NCBI GenBank assembly: GCA_034439575.1
Contig: JAWXAQ010000022.1
Location: forward strand, 99,684 to 163,683
Origin: Leptospira sp.
GTDB taxonomy: Bacteria > Spirochaetota > Leptospiria > Leptospirales > Leptospiraceae
Length of the DNA stretch: 64,000 bases
Reading direction: 5' to 3'
Shown: piece by piece, positions 10,529 through 22,512 of the stretch
Layout: every line of letters starts with the position of its first letter
Numbering within the stretch: position 1 is the first letter of the stretch
Notes under the pieces: model-generated
Seen by the model: only the letters and a program-made list of their open reading frames with translations
The model's database searches: none
Told to the model about the DNA's origin: nothing
Made by a program: the position numbers and the translations under genes

Positions 10529-11356
10529 TTACTTAAAAGGAATCAAAAAATTGGTTTTGTCCCCCATCATATTTTGAGGTAATTTTCCATCCCATTTTTC
10601 TATCCAAATTTTTTGTATCATCATGGGTGTTAGTTGTTGTGATTCCAAACGAATTTGTGCAGCCGTTCCTTCTGCCTTTGCCTTATCAATTTTTGCTTGT
10701 GCTAATGCTTCGCGTAATTCGTTTTCTCTGCTTTCTGCTTTTTGAATCGCTTCAATTTTTGCGTCTAATGCCTGTTTAACTTTTTCTGGAAGCCTCATTG
10801 TGCCAATCCAATAAAGTCGTTCTATGATAATGCCTCTTTGCAGAAACTCTTCTTTTGTGGCAAGTGTTGCCTTTTCGATTAAGTCGACTCTCCCTGGACC
10901 ATATATCATATCAGAAGTCATAACTGATGCCAGGCGATTCAAGCTATCTCTAACGGCTGTTCGTAGAACATTGTCTGTAACTTCGTCAATTCCCCGTCTA
11001 TAGGTTTGAAAAAGTACATTTGCCTTTGTCGGATCTATACGGAATTGAATGCCTACATCAGCATTCACTGTTAATCCTTCTTTGGTTTGAATATCAATGG
11101 ATTCGTTTGTCTCAGAGTCTTCTTGGAAATCTGCTGTCCAAACATATGTTTTCGTAAAAGTCGGATAGAGATATAATTCTTCATTGATTCCAATCCAATA
11201 ACGTCCCACACCCAATTCTTCTGAATCGACTCCCTTATTTCCCCCAAGTAAATATACTTTTACACCCACATAACCTGCTGGAACTTTCTGGCAGCTGACA
11301 AAAACAAATAAACTGAGAATGGGAATCAAAATCGTCAGTAATCGTAATTTTTTCAT
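10529..11356 (-). CDS. SPFH (band 7/prohibitin) domain protein, probable lipoprotein
   Basis: VSCQKVPAGYVGVKV, TKEGLTVNAD, coiled-coil tail, IEKWDGKLP. Confidence 0.9.
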   Translation of the reverse strand: MKKLRLLTILIPILSLFVFVSCQKVPAGYVGVKVYLLGGNKGVDSEELGVGRYWIGINEELYLYPTFTKTYVWTADFQEDSETNESIDIQTKEGLTVNADVGIQFRIDPTKANVLFQTYRRGIDEVTDNVLRTAVRDSLNRLASVMTSDMIYGPGRVDLIEKATLATKEEFLQRGIIIERLYWIGTMRLPEKVKQALDAKIEAIQKAESRENELREALAQAKIDKAKAEGTAAQIRLESQQLTPMMIQKIWIEKWDGKLPQNMMGDKTNFLIPFK

Positions 11357-11357
11357 G

Positions 11358-11612
11358 TTAGTCTTTCCTTAAAATAGATAGTTTAGAGCGAAATTTGTAT
11401 AAAATCGGAGGAAATATAATGGTAAGAACCAATATAGCGATACCAATTATGACATGAATATCTTCCTTACTCGAAATGAGAATAGGAAGTTGGTACAGAA
11501 ATAAATAGAGATAAAATAGTCCAATGAGTATAAATAGAAAATAATTTAGGGCAAGTTTGATATGTTTGGTATCATTTTCCATTTGAGAGTATGAGAAAAC
11601 ATTTTTGTTCAC
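11358..11612 (-). CDS. Small two-TM hypothetical membrane protein
   Basis: Two hydrophobic segments; ends 1 nt before the SPFH start. Start may be the ATG about 30 nt further in. Confidence 0.5.
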   Translation of the reverse strand: MNKNVFSYSQMENDTKHIKLALNYFLFILIGLFYLYLFLYQLPILISSKEDIHVIIGIAILVLTIIFPPILYKFRSKLSILRKD

Positions 11613-11785
11613 CTTTGGTCAAATGAAAAATACTATAAAATAATTATGAATTTACGAAACACGAACGAGGTTTGAATGTGGGCGTATACAAATGAGTTTC
11701 CGCTTTTTCAGATCATTACTGGAAGTAAATACCCACTCTGTAATGCAAAAATACCCTTTCTTAAATCTATTTCAGGAGCATTTCA

Positions 11786-12475
11786 ATGACCTTGAGTCTT
11801 AACTTCTTTCGATCATCGATAGGAAAAAAGATCATAATGGCCATTACCGGTTTTATCTGGTTCGGTTTTGTGATCGCACACATGCTTGGAAACCTTCAGG
11901 TTTACCAAGGCGCAGAAAAACTTAACACCTATGCTAAGTTTTTAAAGGACTTGGGACCATTACTTTGGGTCGCCCGCATTGTTTTATTTGTCTCTTTTTT
12001 TGGTCATGTGATTGTAGCCATTTCTCTAAAAAGGCAAAACTCTTCGGCAAGACCAGTTAGTTATGCGAAGGATTCTACAATACAGGCATCGAAAGCATCT
12101 ACAACTATGATCTATAGTGGATTATTGTTACTAACTTTCTTAGTTTATCATTTACTTCACTTAACTTTTGGCTTTACTAATCCTGAACACTATTCTATTG
12201 AATACACACTTAAAAGCGGAGATGTTGTTCACGATGTTTATGCGATGGTTATCCTTGGATTCCAACAAATGCCTATCGCTATCGCCTACATAGTGTTTAT
12301 GTTTTTTCTAGCACTTCACTTTTCGCATGCATTAGGTTCCATGTTCCAATCACTCGGAATTCTGGCACCAAAACACAATCCCCTACTTCAAAAGATCGCT
12401 ACGAGCTTAGCCATCTTCGTATTTATCGGCAATAGCTCAATGCCATTATCCATCCTACTTGGATTTGTAAAATAA
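11786..12475 (+). CDS. sdhC: Succinate dehydrogenase/fumarate reductase cytochrome b subunit (5 TM)
   Basis: SSIGKKIIMAITG, HMLGNL and heme-ligand His residues; AGGAG RBS; first gene of sdhCAB. Confidence 0.92.
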   Translation: MTLSLNFFRSSIGKKIIMAITGFIWFGFVIAHMLGNLQVYQGAEKLNTYAKFLKDLGPLLWVARIVLFVSFFGHVIVAISLKRQNSSARPVSYAKDSTIQASKASTTMIYSGLLLLTFLVYHLLHLTFGFTNPEHYSIEYTLKSGDVVHDVYAMVILGFQQMPIAIAYIVFMFFLALHFSHALGSMFQSLGILAPKHNPLLQKIATSLAIFVFIGNSSMPLSILLGFVK

Positions 12476-12493
12476 CAGGCAATAGGAGAACTT

Positions 12494-14419
12494 ATGAAAT
12501 TAGATGCAAAGATACCATCAGGCCCGCTTGAACAAAAATGAGACAAACACAAAACTGATATTAAACTCGTCAATCCAGCAAATAAACGTAAATATAAAGT
12601 AATTATTGTAGGAACTGGTCTTGCAGGGGCTTCTGCTGCTGCAACTCTTTCTGAATTAGGTTACCAAGTATCCGTATTTTGCTTTCAAGATTCACCAAGA
12701 CGCGCTCACTCAATTGCGGCACAAGGTGGAATTAACGCGGCCAAAAATTACCAAAACGATGGGGACTCGGTGTATCGTTTGTTTTATGATACGGTAAAGG
12801 GTGGTGATTTTCGTGCTCGTGAAGGAAACGTTTATCGCCTAGCACAAGTTTCTGCTAATATCATTGACCAGTGTGTGGCGCAAGGTGTTCCCTTTGCCAG
12901 AGAATACGGTGGCAATTTATCTAACAGATCGTTTGGTGGGGCACAGGTGTCTCGTACATTTTATGCCAAAGGCCAAACAGGACAGCAATTGTTACTTGGT
13001 GCCTACTCTGCCTTAGAAAAACAAATTGCAAAAGGTGCCGTAAAAATGTATGCACGCACTGAAATGTTAGAACTTGTTTTAGTTGATGGTCATGCTAAGG
13101 GAATCGTAGTTCGTGACTTAGTCACTGGAGAAATTTCATCCCATGCAGCTGATGCTGTGATTTTAGCAAGTGGCGGTTATGGAAACGTTTTTTATCTTTC
13201 CACAAATGCGAAAGGATCAAATGTAACTGCAACTTACCGTGCTTATAAAAAAGGTGCAGCATTTGCTAATCCATGTTATACGCAAATTCACCCTACTTGT
13301 ATCCCTCAATCGGGCGACTACCAATCAAAGCTAACTTTGATGTCTGAATCACTCAGAAATGATGGCCGTGTTTGGGTTCCGAAAGCAAAAGGTGATGTCA
13401 GACCCCCTCATGAAATTCCTGAATCAGATAGAGATTATTTTTTAGAAAGAAAATACCCTTCTTATGGTAACCTAGCACCAAGAGATATTTCCTCTCGTTC
13501 TGCAAAAGAAGCCTGTGATAACGGTTTGGGTGTGGGTCCCCTTGTTGGTGATAAACGTCTGGGTGTGTATTTGGATTTTTCAGATTCTATCAAACGTTTG
13601 GGAGAACCTGTTGTCGCTGATCGTTATGACAACCTATTCCAAATGTATGAAAGAATTACAGGTGAAAATCCGTACAAAGTTCCGATGCGAATTTATCCTG
13701 CAGTTCACTATACAATGGGTGGACTTTGGGTGGATTATAATTTAATGTCAAATATCCCCGGATTACACGTACTTGGTGAGGCAAATTTCTCTGATCACGG
13801 TGCGAATCGATTAGGTGCCTCTGCACTTATGCAAGGTTTGGCGGACGGATACTTTGTAATTCCTTATACCATTGGTGATTATTTTGCCAAAGAAGGTTTT
13901 AAAAATATTTCGACTGATCGCCCCGAATTCAAAGAAGCAGAAGCTCGCGTGAAAGAGATGACAAATAAATTTTTGTCCATCAATGGCAAACGTACGCCGG
14001 ATGATTTCCATAGAGAACTTGGTAAAGTGATGTGGGACAAATGTGGGATGGCTCGTAACGATGCTGGTCTTAAAAGTGCGATTTCGAAAATTGGCGAAAT
14101 CAAAGAAGAATTTTGGAAGAACTTAAAAGTAACTGGTGTAAATGGAGAACTCAACCAAGAAATCGAAAAAGCTGGTCGAGTTGCCGACTTTATCGAGTTT
14201 GGTGAGCTAATGTGCATTGATGCTCTCAAACGAGAAGAGTCTTGTGGAGGGCATTTCCGTGAAGAATACCAAACAGAGGAAGGAGAGGCAAAACGTAACG
14301 ATGATAAATTTTGCCACGTCACTGCTTGGGAATACAAAGGCGAAGGCAAAGCCCCAGAAGAACACAGAGAAAAACTAGAATATGAAAATATCCACCTTGC
14401 GGTAAGGAGCTATAAATAA
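12494..14419 (+). pseudogene. sdhA: Succinate dehydrogenase flavoprotein subunit, interrupted as sequenced by an in-frame TGA at codon 16 (12539-12541)
   Basis: AGGAG RBS then ATG 12494, MKLDAKIPSGPLEQK*DKHK...IIVGTGLAG...[15 protein letters not shown], in frame with the 12770-14419 ORF. Confidence 0.85.
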
Positions 14420-15159
14420 TGAATACTATGAAATTGCATCTCAAAGTTTGGAGACAAAAGAACGCAAGTGACAAAGGGAAAATGGTCAGTTACGAAGCGG
14501 ATAACGTAAATGAACATATGTCTTTTTTGGAAATGTTAGATGTTGTCAATGAAGGCTTAGTTAAAAAAGGCGATGAGCCTATCGCCTTCGACCATGACTG
14601 CCGTGAAGGAATCTGTGGTTCCTGTTCCATGGTGATCAACGGTGTGCCTCACGGTCCTGAAAGAGGAACCACAACTTGCCAATTGCACATGCGTAAGTTC
14701 AAAGATGGTGATACAGTTTATATAGAACCTTGGAGAGCTAAGGCATTCCCGGTCGTCAAAGATTTGGTTGTGGATCGTTCTGCCTTTGATCGTATCATCC
14801 AAGCGGGAGGCTATGTTTCCGTAAATACAGGTGGTGCACCTGACGGTAATGCTATGCCGATTCCGAAAGTTGATGCTGATTTAGCTATGGATGCTGCGAC
14901 ATGTATTGGTTGCGGGGCCTGTGTTGCGGCTTGTAAAAATGCATCTGCTATGTTATTTGTCTCCGCCAAAGTTTCCCACCTTGCTCTTCTTCCTCAAGGT
15001 CGAGTAGAGAAAAAGGACCGTGTTAAGAAAATGGTCGCGGCTATGGACAAAGAAGGATTCGGGAATTGTACAAACCAGTATGAATGTGAAGCCGCTTGCC
15101 CGAAAGAAATTTCTGTGAATTTTATCACAAGATTGAATCGAGAGTTTATCGCAAGTTAG
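14419..15159 (+). CDS. sdhB: Succinate dehydrogenase iron-sulfur subunit
   Basis: [20 protein letters not shown] and [12 protein letters not shown] Fe-S motifs. Confidence 0.95.
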   Translation: MNTMKLHLKVWRQKNASDKGKMVSYEADNVNEHMSFLEMLDVVNEGLVKKGDEPIAFDHDCREGICGSCSMVINGVPHGPERGTTTCQLHMRKFKDGDTVYIEPWRAKAFPVVKDLVVDRSAFDRIIQAGGYVSVNTGGAPDGNAMPIPKVDADLAMDAATCIGCGACVAACKNASAMLFVSAKVSHLALLPQGRVEKKDRVKKMVAAMDKEGFGNCTNQYECEAACPKEISVNFITRLNREFIAS

Positions 15160-15179
15160 ATGCAAAAAAGACAAATATT

Positions 15180-15258
15180 TTTTTGAGTTCGATTTAAAAC
15201 AAATTTGAACTCAAAAAGAATTAAAAGCCTTGGAGATTTAAAATTCCAGGGCTTTTTT
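15180..15258. terminator. Two tandem hairpins between sdhB and the convergent glycosyltransferase
   Basis: TTTTTGAGTTC...GAACTCAAAAA (15180-15217) and AAAAGCCTTGGA...TCCAGGGCTTTTTT (15223-15258). Confidence 0.7.
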
Positions 15259-16228
15259 ATTGAAACTGGCTTTCTTCTAAAAGAAATTTTAAGTTTTCTA
15301 TGATATTGATGTTTGTGATTTTTTGATTTTGAGTTATGTTCGGTGGCCAAACATCCAAACAATTTAATAATTCTTGGATCGGCTTACATTCTTTATCTCT
15401 CTTTTGGCGACCGAGCAAAAGCAAATGTAAACGAGAAATCGCACTATGTATCGTCATTTGTTTTTTCAAGTTATCGATGGATCTCAATTTTGATTCAACT
15501 TCTAACAACAATTTGATTAGCGCATAGATGCGAAAACGTTCTATCGCTTGAAACTTTGCAGATAATTGATCAAAGTGACCACCGTAACGTGTGAGTAAAT
15601 TTTCTTCGACAAGGCCGACATACTCATCCTTAGCTAAAATTCTAACCCATAGATCATAATCTTCACATGCTTGTAATTCCTCGCGAAATCCTCCTTCTTC
15701 TAACCATAAGTCCCTTCTTATCATGACACTTGATGGTGTGATCAAACAAAGTTCTAGGGCATCTTGGAAAAAATTCCCACTTTTTTTTTGGTGTTTGGAT
15801 AAAACAGGAACTGGATAACCATTTCGAATCCAACGCTCATTTGTCTGAGAAATTCTAACATTTGGATTTAATTGGTGGTATTCGATTTGCTTTGTTAATT
15901 TATTTGGTTCCCAAACATCGTCAGAATCTAAAAAACAAAGCCACTCTCCCTTGGACATTGCGACTGCAAAATTACGTGTTGCCGAAACGCCTTTATGTTC
16001 TCTTTGAAACATTTGAATGGATTTTTGGTTTTTCCCAAATTGGATGAATTCTCGTTTCCAACTAGGATATAGCGATATTAAAGTTTTCCAAACATTTTCA
16101 TCACTTCCATCATCGACTAAAATTAATTCCCAGTTCGCATAACTTTGAGATAAAACCGACTCCGCAGCACGAATCGTTGGTTCAATTCTTTGGTAATTTG
16201 GGATGATGATGGAAACAAGAGGCTTCAA
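15257..16228 (-). CDS. Glycosyltransferase family 2
   Basis: VSIIIPNY, LVDDGS, GVSATRN, FLDSDD, EDYDLW. Confidence 0.92.
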   Translation of the reverse strand: MKPLVSIIIPNYQRIEPTIRAAESVLSQSYANWELILVDDGSDENVWKTLISLYPSWKREFIQFGKNQKSIQMFQREHKGVSATRNFAVAMSKGEWLCFLDSDDVWEPNKLTKQIEYHQLNPNVRISQTNERWIRNGYPVPVLSKHQKKSGNFFQDALELCLITPSSVMIRRDLWLEEGGFREELQACEDYDLWVRILAKDEYVGLVEENLLTRYGGHFDQLSAKFQAIERFRIYALIKLLLEVESKLRSIDNLKKQMTIHSAISRLHLLLLGRQKRDKECKPIQELLNCLDVWPPNITQNQKITNINIIENLKFLLEESQFQ

Positions 16229-17152
16229 TTAAAAAACCTCACTTATATTTAAATGATTCAATTGACCACCCTGGTGCAAATAAATCCAAGGTTCTGGCAA
16301 ATCAGAAATAAAATGAGCATTGTTTGAAAGTAACTCCCAAGTTTTTAGGCTATAAATAGGTTCGAATAATATATTTGTTTTTTTATGATATTCTTTTTGT
16401 AAAAGTATATCCTTTTTTGTCACCTTGCCAAAAGTATGTGATCCGCTCGGATCGACTAACATATACTTTGCAATATGATCTGATCGGAATCCGAGACCTG
16501 ATAGTAAGCCTGGAATTTTAGAAACAAAAGATTCTTTGGATTCTCCGACACAAACCCCACATACTATTGTTTCAGTCCTTGCATAAAAAATAAGAGCAGA
16601 TAAAAACGTCAATCCAGAGCCAACTTCCAAAATGATAGTTTTATTATTTGATGGCTGACATACCTCTAATTGATTCCAAAGTTCCAAGAGACCGCTCATG
16701 GACGAAGAGTGAAAACCAAATTCTGGCATTATATAAGTATTGGAATTTGACTTGTGTTTAAAGCCTGATAAAAAATTGAAATTAGCTAATTCTTGGAACA
16801 TTTCTTTGGAAGAATTGAATGAATGTAAGTTATGCGAATGGTTTTTAATTAAAATCCGATTCGCAGAATTTAATGATCGATTTCGAGAGTATCCGAAAAC
16901 ATGGGTAATGATGCCAGATACATACAGAACGGTGGAAAAACTGGCTAAATAATTCCCATGCAAAGAACCAAATAATACCACTTCCTTGATATTTTCAGTG
17001 GACAAAAATTTAAGGAAACCTTGCAATTTGCGTAGTTTGGTTCCAAAACCAAACAAAAGTTTGTCATCCCGAATGACTTGGATGCTTTTACGTCCTTCTT
17101 TTTCGGAAACTTCTGTTATGCGAAAAGGGATTTCACGCAACAGATCCTCCAA
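16229..17152 (-). CDS. ACC deaminase/D-cysteine desulfhydrase-like PLP enzyme
   Basis: RDD...GTKLRKL PLP-lysine motif, EVGSGLT, FEPIYS, HQGG. Confidence 0.75.
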   Translation of the reverse strand: MEDLLREIPFRITEVSEKEGRKSIQVIRDDKLLFGFGTKLRKLQGFLKFLSTENIKEVVLFGSLHGNYLASFSTVLYVSGIITHVFGYSRNRSLNSANRILIKNHSHNLHSFNSSKEMFQELANFNFLSGFKHKSNSNTYIMPEFGFHSSSMSGLLELWNQLEVCQPSNNKTIILEVGSGLTFLSALIFYARTETIVCGVCVGESKESFVSKIPGLLSGLGFRSDHIAKYMLVDPSGSHTFGKVTKKDILLQKEYHKKTNILFEPIYSLKTWELLSNNAHFISDLPEPWIYLHQGGQLNHLNISEVF

Positions 17153-17173
17153 GGATCTTTTATTTAAAATGAA

Positions 17174-18985
17174 TCAATCTCCCGTTTTCAGGATAGATAA
17201 AAACGCTTCCTGAGGAATGTCTACGTTTCCGATTTGTTTCATTCGTTTTTTACCCTCTTTTTGTTTCTCTAGTAGTTTTTTCTTACGGGAAATATCACCA
17301 CCATAACATTTTGCTGTTACGTTCTTTCGAAGGGCTGAAATGCTTTCTCTTGCCACCACTTTTGCTCCGATTGCTGCCTGAATAGGGATCATAAATTGGT
17401 GTCTAGGTATCAGATCTTTTAATTTTTCAATGATGGCTCGACCACGTTCTTCGGCTTTGGACTTGTGTACTATCGAAGACAAGGCATCCACTGGCTCCCC
17501 GTTTACAAGTATATCCATACGAACAAGTTTAGAATCTCTATAACCTACTTCTTCGTAGTCAAGCGACGCATAACCTTTTGTATGTGACTTTAGTTTATCA
17601 TAAAATTGAAAAATAAGTTCAGCTAACGGAAGTTCGTATGTTAACTGGACTTTGTCTTTGGAAAGATAAACTGTATCTAAGTGAATTCCTCTTTTTTCAA
17701 TCACAAGGGACATGATATTTCCCACATATGAATCTGGGGAAATGATTGTCGCTTTAACCATCGGCTCTTCTGATTTGTCTATAGTGATGGTTTCTGGCCA
17801 TTTAGAAGGGTTATCAATTTCATAGACTTCACCTTTAGTATTAGTGATCCGAAATTTTACAGAAGGAGCTGTCGTGATCAGAGCTAAGTTAAATTCACGT
17901 TCTAGACGTTCTTGGACAATTTCCATATGCAGGAGGCCGAGATATCCTACGCGAAATCCAAATCCAAGAGCCACAGAGTTTTCTCTTTCGAAAGTTAAGG
18001 CAGAATCATTTAACTTTAGTTTTTCGATCGCTTCCACTAACGCATCAAAATCTTCTCCATTGATTGGAAATAGACCTGCGAAAACCATAGGTTTTGCATC
18101 CTTAAATCCTTGGACGATGGCATCTGTTTGGTTATTGGCAAGAGTAATCGTATCGCCCGTTTTGGCATCACCCATTTTTTTCATACCAGCAACCACATAA
18201 CCCACGTCACCTGGTTGTAATTCTTCTATGGGAACCATGGTGAGGCGATTGACGCCTACTTCAGTCACTGTGAATTGGCGACCGACGTTCATCATATGAA
18301 TTTGATCGCCTTTTTTTAGTTTGCCATCATATAATCGAACTTTGGCAACAACACCCATATAGGTATCAAAAAAAGAATCATAAATTAGAGCTTTTAATGG
18401 CTTATCAATATCACCTATAGGTGGAGGCAAAAGATAACATATAGCTTCGAGGACATCTTTAACATTGAGTCCTGTTTTTGCCGAAATGGGAATCGCTTCG
18501 TCTGGATTGAGACCAAGGGATTCTTCTATCATCAATTTGCATTTATCTATATCAGCGGAAGGTAGATCAATTTTATTGATAACGGGGATTATGCGAAGAT
18601 CAAGCTCCATAGCAAGATAGAGGTTAGCAAGAGTTTGCGCTTCGACGCCTTGGCTCGCATCAACAATCAAAAGCACACCTTCACAAGCGGCAAGTGAGCG
18701 CGAAACTTCATAGGTAAAGTCAACGTGACCTGGGGTATCAATGAGATTTAGGTGATAGATATTTCCATCATTTGCTTTGTAATCAAAGGAGGCATTGTTT
18801 GCCTTGATAGTGATTCCCCTTTCTCTTTCGATATCCATAGAATCTAGTATTTGGTCTTTTTTGGTTCTTTGGTCTGTGACAAGTCCTATCTCAAGTAACC
18901 TATCGGCCAAAGTGGATTTTCCATGGTCCACGTGTGCTATGATGGAAAAATTTCGTGTGTATTCTTGGCGCTGGTTCAAGGACAT
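17174..18985 (-). CDS. lepA: Elongation factor 4 (LepA)
   Basis: [43 protein letters not shown]. Confidence 0.98.
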   Translation of the reverse strand: MSLNQRQEYTRNFSIIAHVDHGKSTLADRLLEIGLVTDQRTKKDQILDSMDIERERGITIKANNASFDYKANDGNIYHLNLIDTPGHVDFTYEVSRSLAACEGVLLIVDASQGVEAQTLANLYLAMELDLRIIPVINKIDLPSADIDKCKLMIEESLGLNPDEAIPISAKTGLNVKDVLEAICYLLPPPIGDIDKPLKALIYDSFFDTYMGVVAKVRLYDGKLKKGDQIHMMNVGRQFTVTEVGVNRLTMVPIEELQPGDVGYVVAGMKKMGDAKTGDTITLANNQTDAIVQGFKDAKPMVFAGLFPINGEDFDALVEAIEKLKLNDSALTFERENSVALGFGFRVGYLGLLHMEIVQERLEREFNLALITTAPSVKFRITNTKGEVYEIDNPSKWPETITIDKSEEPMVKATIISPDSYVGNIMSLVIEKRGIHLDTVYLSKDKVQLTYELPLAELIFQFYDKLKSHTKGYASLDYEEVGYRDSKLVRMDILVNGEPVDALSSIVHKSKAEERGRAIIEKLKDLIPRHQFMIPIQAAIGAKVVARESISALRKNVTAKCYGGDISRKKKLLEKQKEGKKRMKQIGNVDIPQEAFLSILKTGD

Positions 18986-19039
18986 TCCCTTCTTTTTAAG
19001 TCATTTTTTGTTAAGGGAGCCCTTTGTCTAAAAAGTTTA

Positions 19040-19067
19040 TTGTCAGACGATTAAAAATCCCTAAACT
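19040..19067 (+). promoter_or_regulatory. Putative sigma70 promoter of the eno operon
   Basis: TTGTCA-16 nt-TAAACT upstream of the AGGAG RBS of eno. Confidence 0.35.
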
Positions 19068-19101
19068 GGAACGAGATTAAGTGAGACAGGAGATACCTTA
19101 G

Positions 19102-20412
<1,311 letters not shown>

Positions 20413-20413
20413 A

Positions 20414-20875
20414 ATGAATCCTCTGAAAGCCTCACTTGCGATAGCCTATATTTGTTCTGTTTTTTATTGCGTGGTTTTATCTACGTCAGGTCTTGCAGAA
20501 CGAAGGTTACTCGAATTGAAATTCCAACAGATTTCAGAAGAAGTGGAAAGGCTTTCCGTTGAAAATTTGGTTTTGGAGGAGAGAGAAAAACTCCTCCAAA
20601 ATGATGCCTATGCTTTGGAAAAAGAAGCTAGAAAATACTATCTACTCTCAGAAAATGCGCACGTCATAAAGTTTGTGGATGAAAAATCAAAACTCACTTC
20701 TGAATTTCAAAAATTACCCAAAACTGCGGATCTCCGAATCAATCTTTCCTTAAAAGAGCCCCCGTTATTTTTGCTACGTTTCTTTTATTTAGCCTTTAGC
20801 GTTTTCCTGTGCGTCGGAGTTTATTTCAAACTGAAAAGCTTGCCTCCCACGTCTAAACCTAAAAGACTGAATTAA
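20414..20875 (+). CDS. Septum formation initiator FtsB/DivIC family protein (start re-assigned to ATG 20414)
   Basis: TM, coiled coil and [11 protein letters not shown] motif. eno-ftsB synteny is common. Extra C-terminal TM. Confidence 0.7.
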   Translation: MNPLKASLAIAYICSVFYCVVLSTSGLAERRLLELKFQQISEEVERLSVENLVLEEREKLLQNDAYALEKEARKYYLLSENAHVIKFVDEKSKLTSEFQKLPKTADLRINLSLKEPPLFLLRFFYLAFSVFLCVGVYFKLKSLPPTSKPKRLN

Positions 20876-20876
20876 T

Positions 20877-21485
20877 ATGCCAGAAACAGAAGCACCAGAA
20901 AAAGAAATTTCAGAAACACTTCAGGATCTCATTAGTGATAAAAACATTGGAAAAAAATTCCTAGAAAAACGTAAGATTTTTCTGTGGGGACCTGTAACCG
21001 ATGAATCTTCCAAAGAACTTGTTAATAAACTTCTATATCTTGAATTGATGGAACCAGGTAAACCTATTACCTTTTATATCAATAGTCCAGGTGGTGTCGT
21101 GACTTCAGGACTCGTTGTCTATGATACTATGAAAATGATTTCCAGTCCAGTTTATACAGTATGTATGGGTATGGCGGCCTCTATGGGTTCGATTTTGCTA
21201 ATTGGTGGCGAAAAAGGACATAGATATATTTGGCCAAACGGTCGTGTGATGATCCACCAACCTTCGATAGGTGGTCAAATCCAAGCACCAGCCACAGATT
21301 TACTGATTCATGCGAATGATATAGTAAAAACGAAAGAAAAATTAAATCGTATGTTAGCTGATGCATGTGGTAAAACGTATGATCAATTGGTAGAAGATAC
21401 TGATCGCGATTATTATATGGATGCCGATGAAGCACTAGCTTATGGAATCGTGGATAAACTCACAGACAAAATCGACGTTGTATAA
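20877..21485 (+). CDS. clpP: ATP-dependent Clp protease proteolytic subunit
   Basis: YINSPGG, AASMG (Ser), MIHQP (His), DRD (Asp). Confidence 0.95.
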   Translation: MPETEAPEKEISETLQDLISDKNIGKKFLEKRKIFLWGPVTDESSKELVNKLLYLELMEPGKPITFYINSPGGVVTSGLVVYDTMKMISSPVYTVCMGMAASMGSILLIGGEKGHRYIWPNGRVMIHQPSIGGQIQAPATDLLIHANDIVKTKEKLNRMLADACGKTYDQLVEDTDRDYYMDADEALAYGIVDKLTDKIDVV

Positions 21486-22482
21486 AGATTCGTTTACCCC
21501 TCGAAAGTATTTCGAGGGAAAACACTTACAGACTGTTTATAATGTTCTTTTTCCTCCAGACAATGTTCTTGAGGAAGATTTTTTTTGTGAGAGCATTATC
21601 ATTCCCACTCTAGATGATACAAAAGACCATTTATGGCTCGAGCACAATCCCCCTCTTTCTAAAATAAAAAAACAATCAGTAAAGTGGAATGGCTGTTATA
21701 TCGTGTTAATTCATGGGATGGAAGGTAGCAGTGAATCGCATTATATGGTAAGCGTAGGCAAAGAAGCATTGTTACGTGGTTATGGTGTGATACGTATGAA
21801 CCTTCGCAATTGCGGTAGGGGATTAAAATTGGCCAAAAAACCATATAACGCTGGTCAATCGGAAGATTTGGATGCTGTACTGCGTTATGTGCAAATGAAT
21901 TTTACTGACAAATATTTTGTTTGTGGTTTTTCATTATCTGCGAATTTAGTTTTAAAGTATTTTGGTGAAAATCGAAGATATAAAGCCATTGGTTTTAGTG
22001 CCACTTCCCCTCCTCTTGATTTAAAAAGAAGCTGTGATTTTATTGATTCAAAAGCTGGTCTATTTTATAGAACCCATTTTTTAGCTACGATGAAAGAAAA
22101 AGTTCAGTCTGGGATTTATGATATTTCAGCAAGCGCTATAGATCGCGTTATGCGAAGTCGAACATTTTTTGATTTTGATGAGTTTTTTACAGCACCAATG
22201 GCAGGTTATATGAATGTGTTGGACTATTATCATAAGTGTTCAAGTATATCCTTTTTATCAAGGATCACAACTCCAGGAATCGTAATACACGCAAATGATG
22301 ATCCTGTTGTGCCTTCTCATGTTTGGCGAGATGTGAATTGGAAAGCCTATCCTATGATTGAAACAGTTTTAACTGAGAAAGGTGGCCATGTCGGATTTAT
22401 TTCGGATCCGAGTCCAGATTACCCAGAAGGGCGATGGTTACCAAAAATTATTTTGGATTTTTTTGATAAAAAAATTCGTTAG
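21442..22482 (+). CDS. YheT-like alpha/beta hydrolase
   Basis: HLQT, HGMEGSS, GFSLSAN, DDPVV, GGHVGF. Start could be TTG 21478. Confidence 0.85.
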   Translation: MESWINSQTKSTLYKDSFTPRKYFEGKHLQTVYNVLFPPDNVLEEDFFCESIIIPTLDDTKDHLWLEHNPPLSKIKKQSVKWNGCYIVLIHGMEGSSESHYMVSVGKEALLRGYGVIRMNLRNCGRGLKLAKKPYNAGQSEDLDAVLRYVQMNFTDKYFVCGFSLSANLVLKYFGENRRYKAIGFSATSPPLDLKRSCDFIDSKAGLFYRTHFLATMKEKVQSGIYDISASAIDRVMRSRTFFDFDEFFTAPMAGYMNVLDYYHKCSSISFLSRITTPGIVIHANDDPVVPSHVWRDVNWKAYPMIETVLTEKGGHVGFISDPSPDYPEGRWLPKIILDFFDKKIR

Positions 22483-22512
22483 CTAGTATTTATTAAATTC
22501 AGAGGTCACAAA

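Noticed and set aside
11625-11655. Second dif-like site (ATAA-AATAA-TTATG) at the right edge of the accessory block
   Set aside because: The spacer is 5 nt rather than 6 and the arms match poorly, which is expected by chance in AT-rich DNA.
12539-12600. Selenocysteine or genetic-code-4 explanation of the sdhA TGA
   Set aside because: No SECIS-like hairpin is evident after the TGA, the position is not a catalytic Cys, and other genes end in TGA and encode Trp by TGG.
12770-14419. 549-aa ORF as the complete SdhA
   Set aside because: It lacks the FAD-binding N-terminus. The real start is 12494, upstream of an in-frame TGA.
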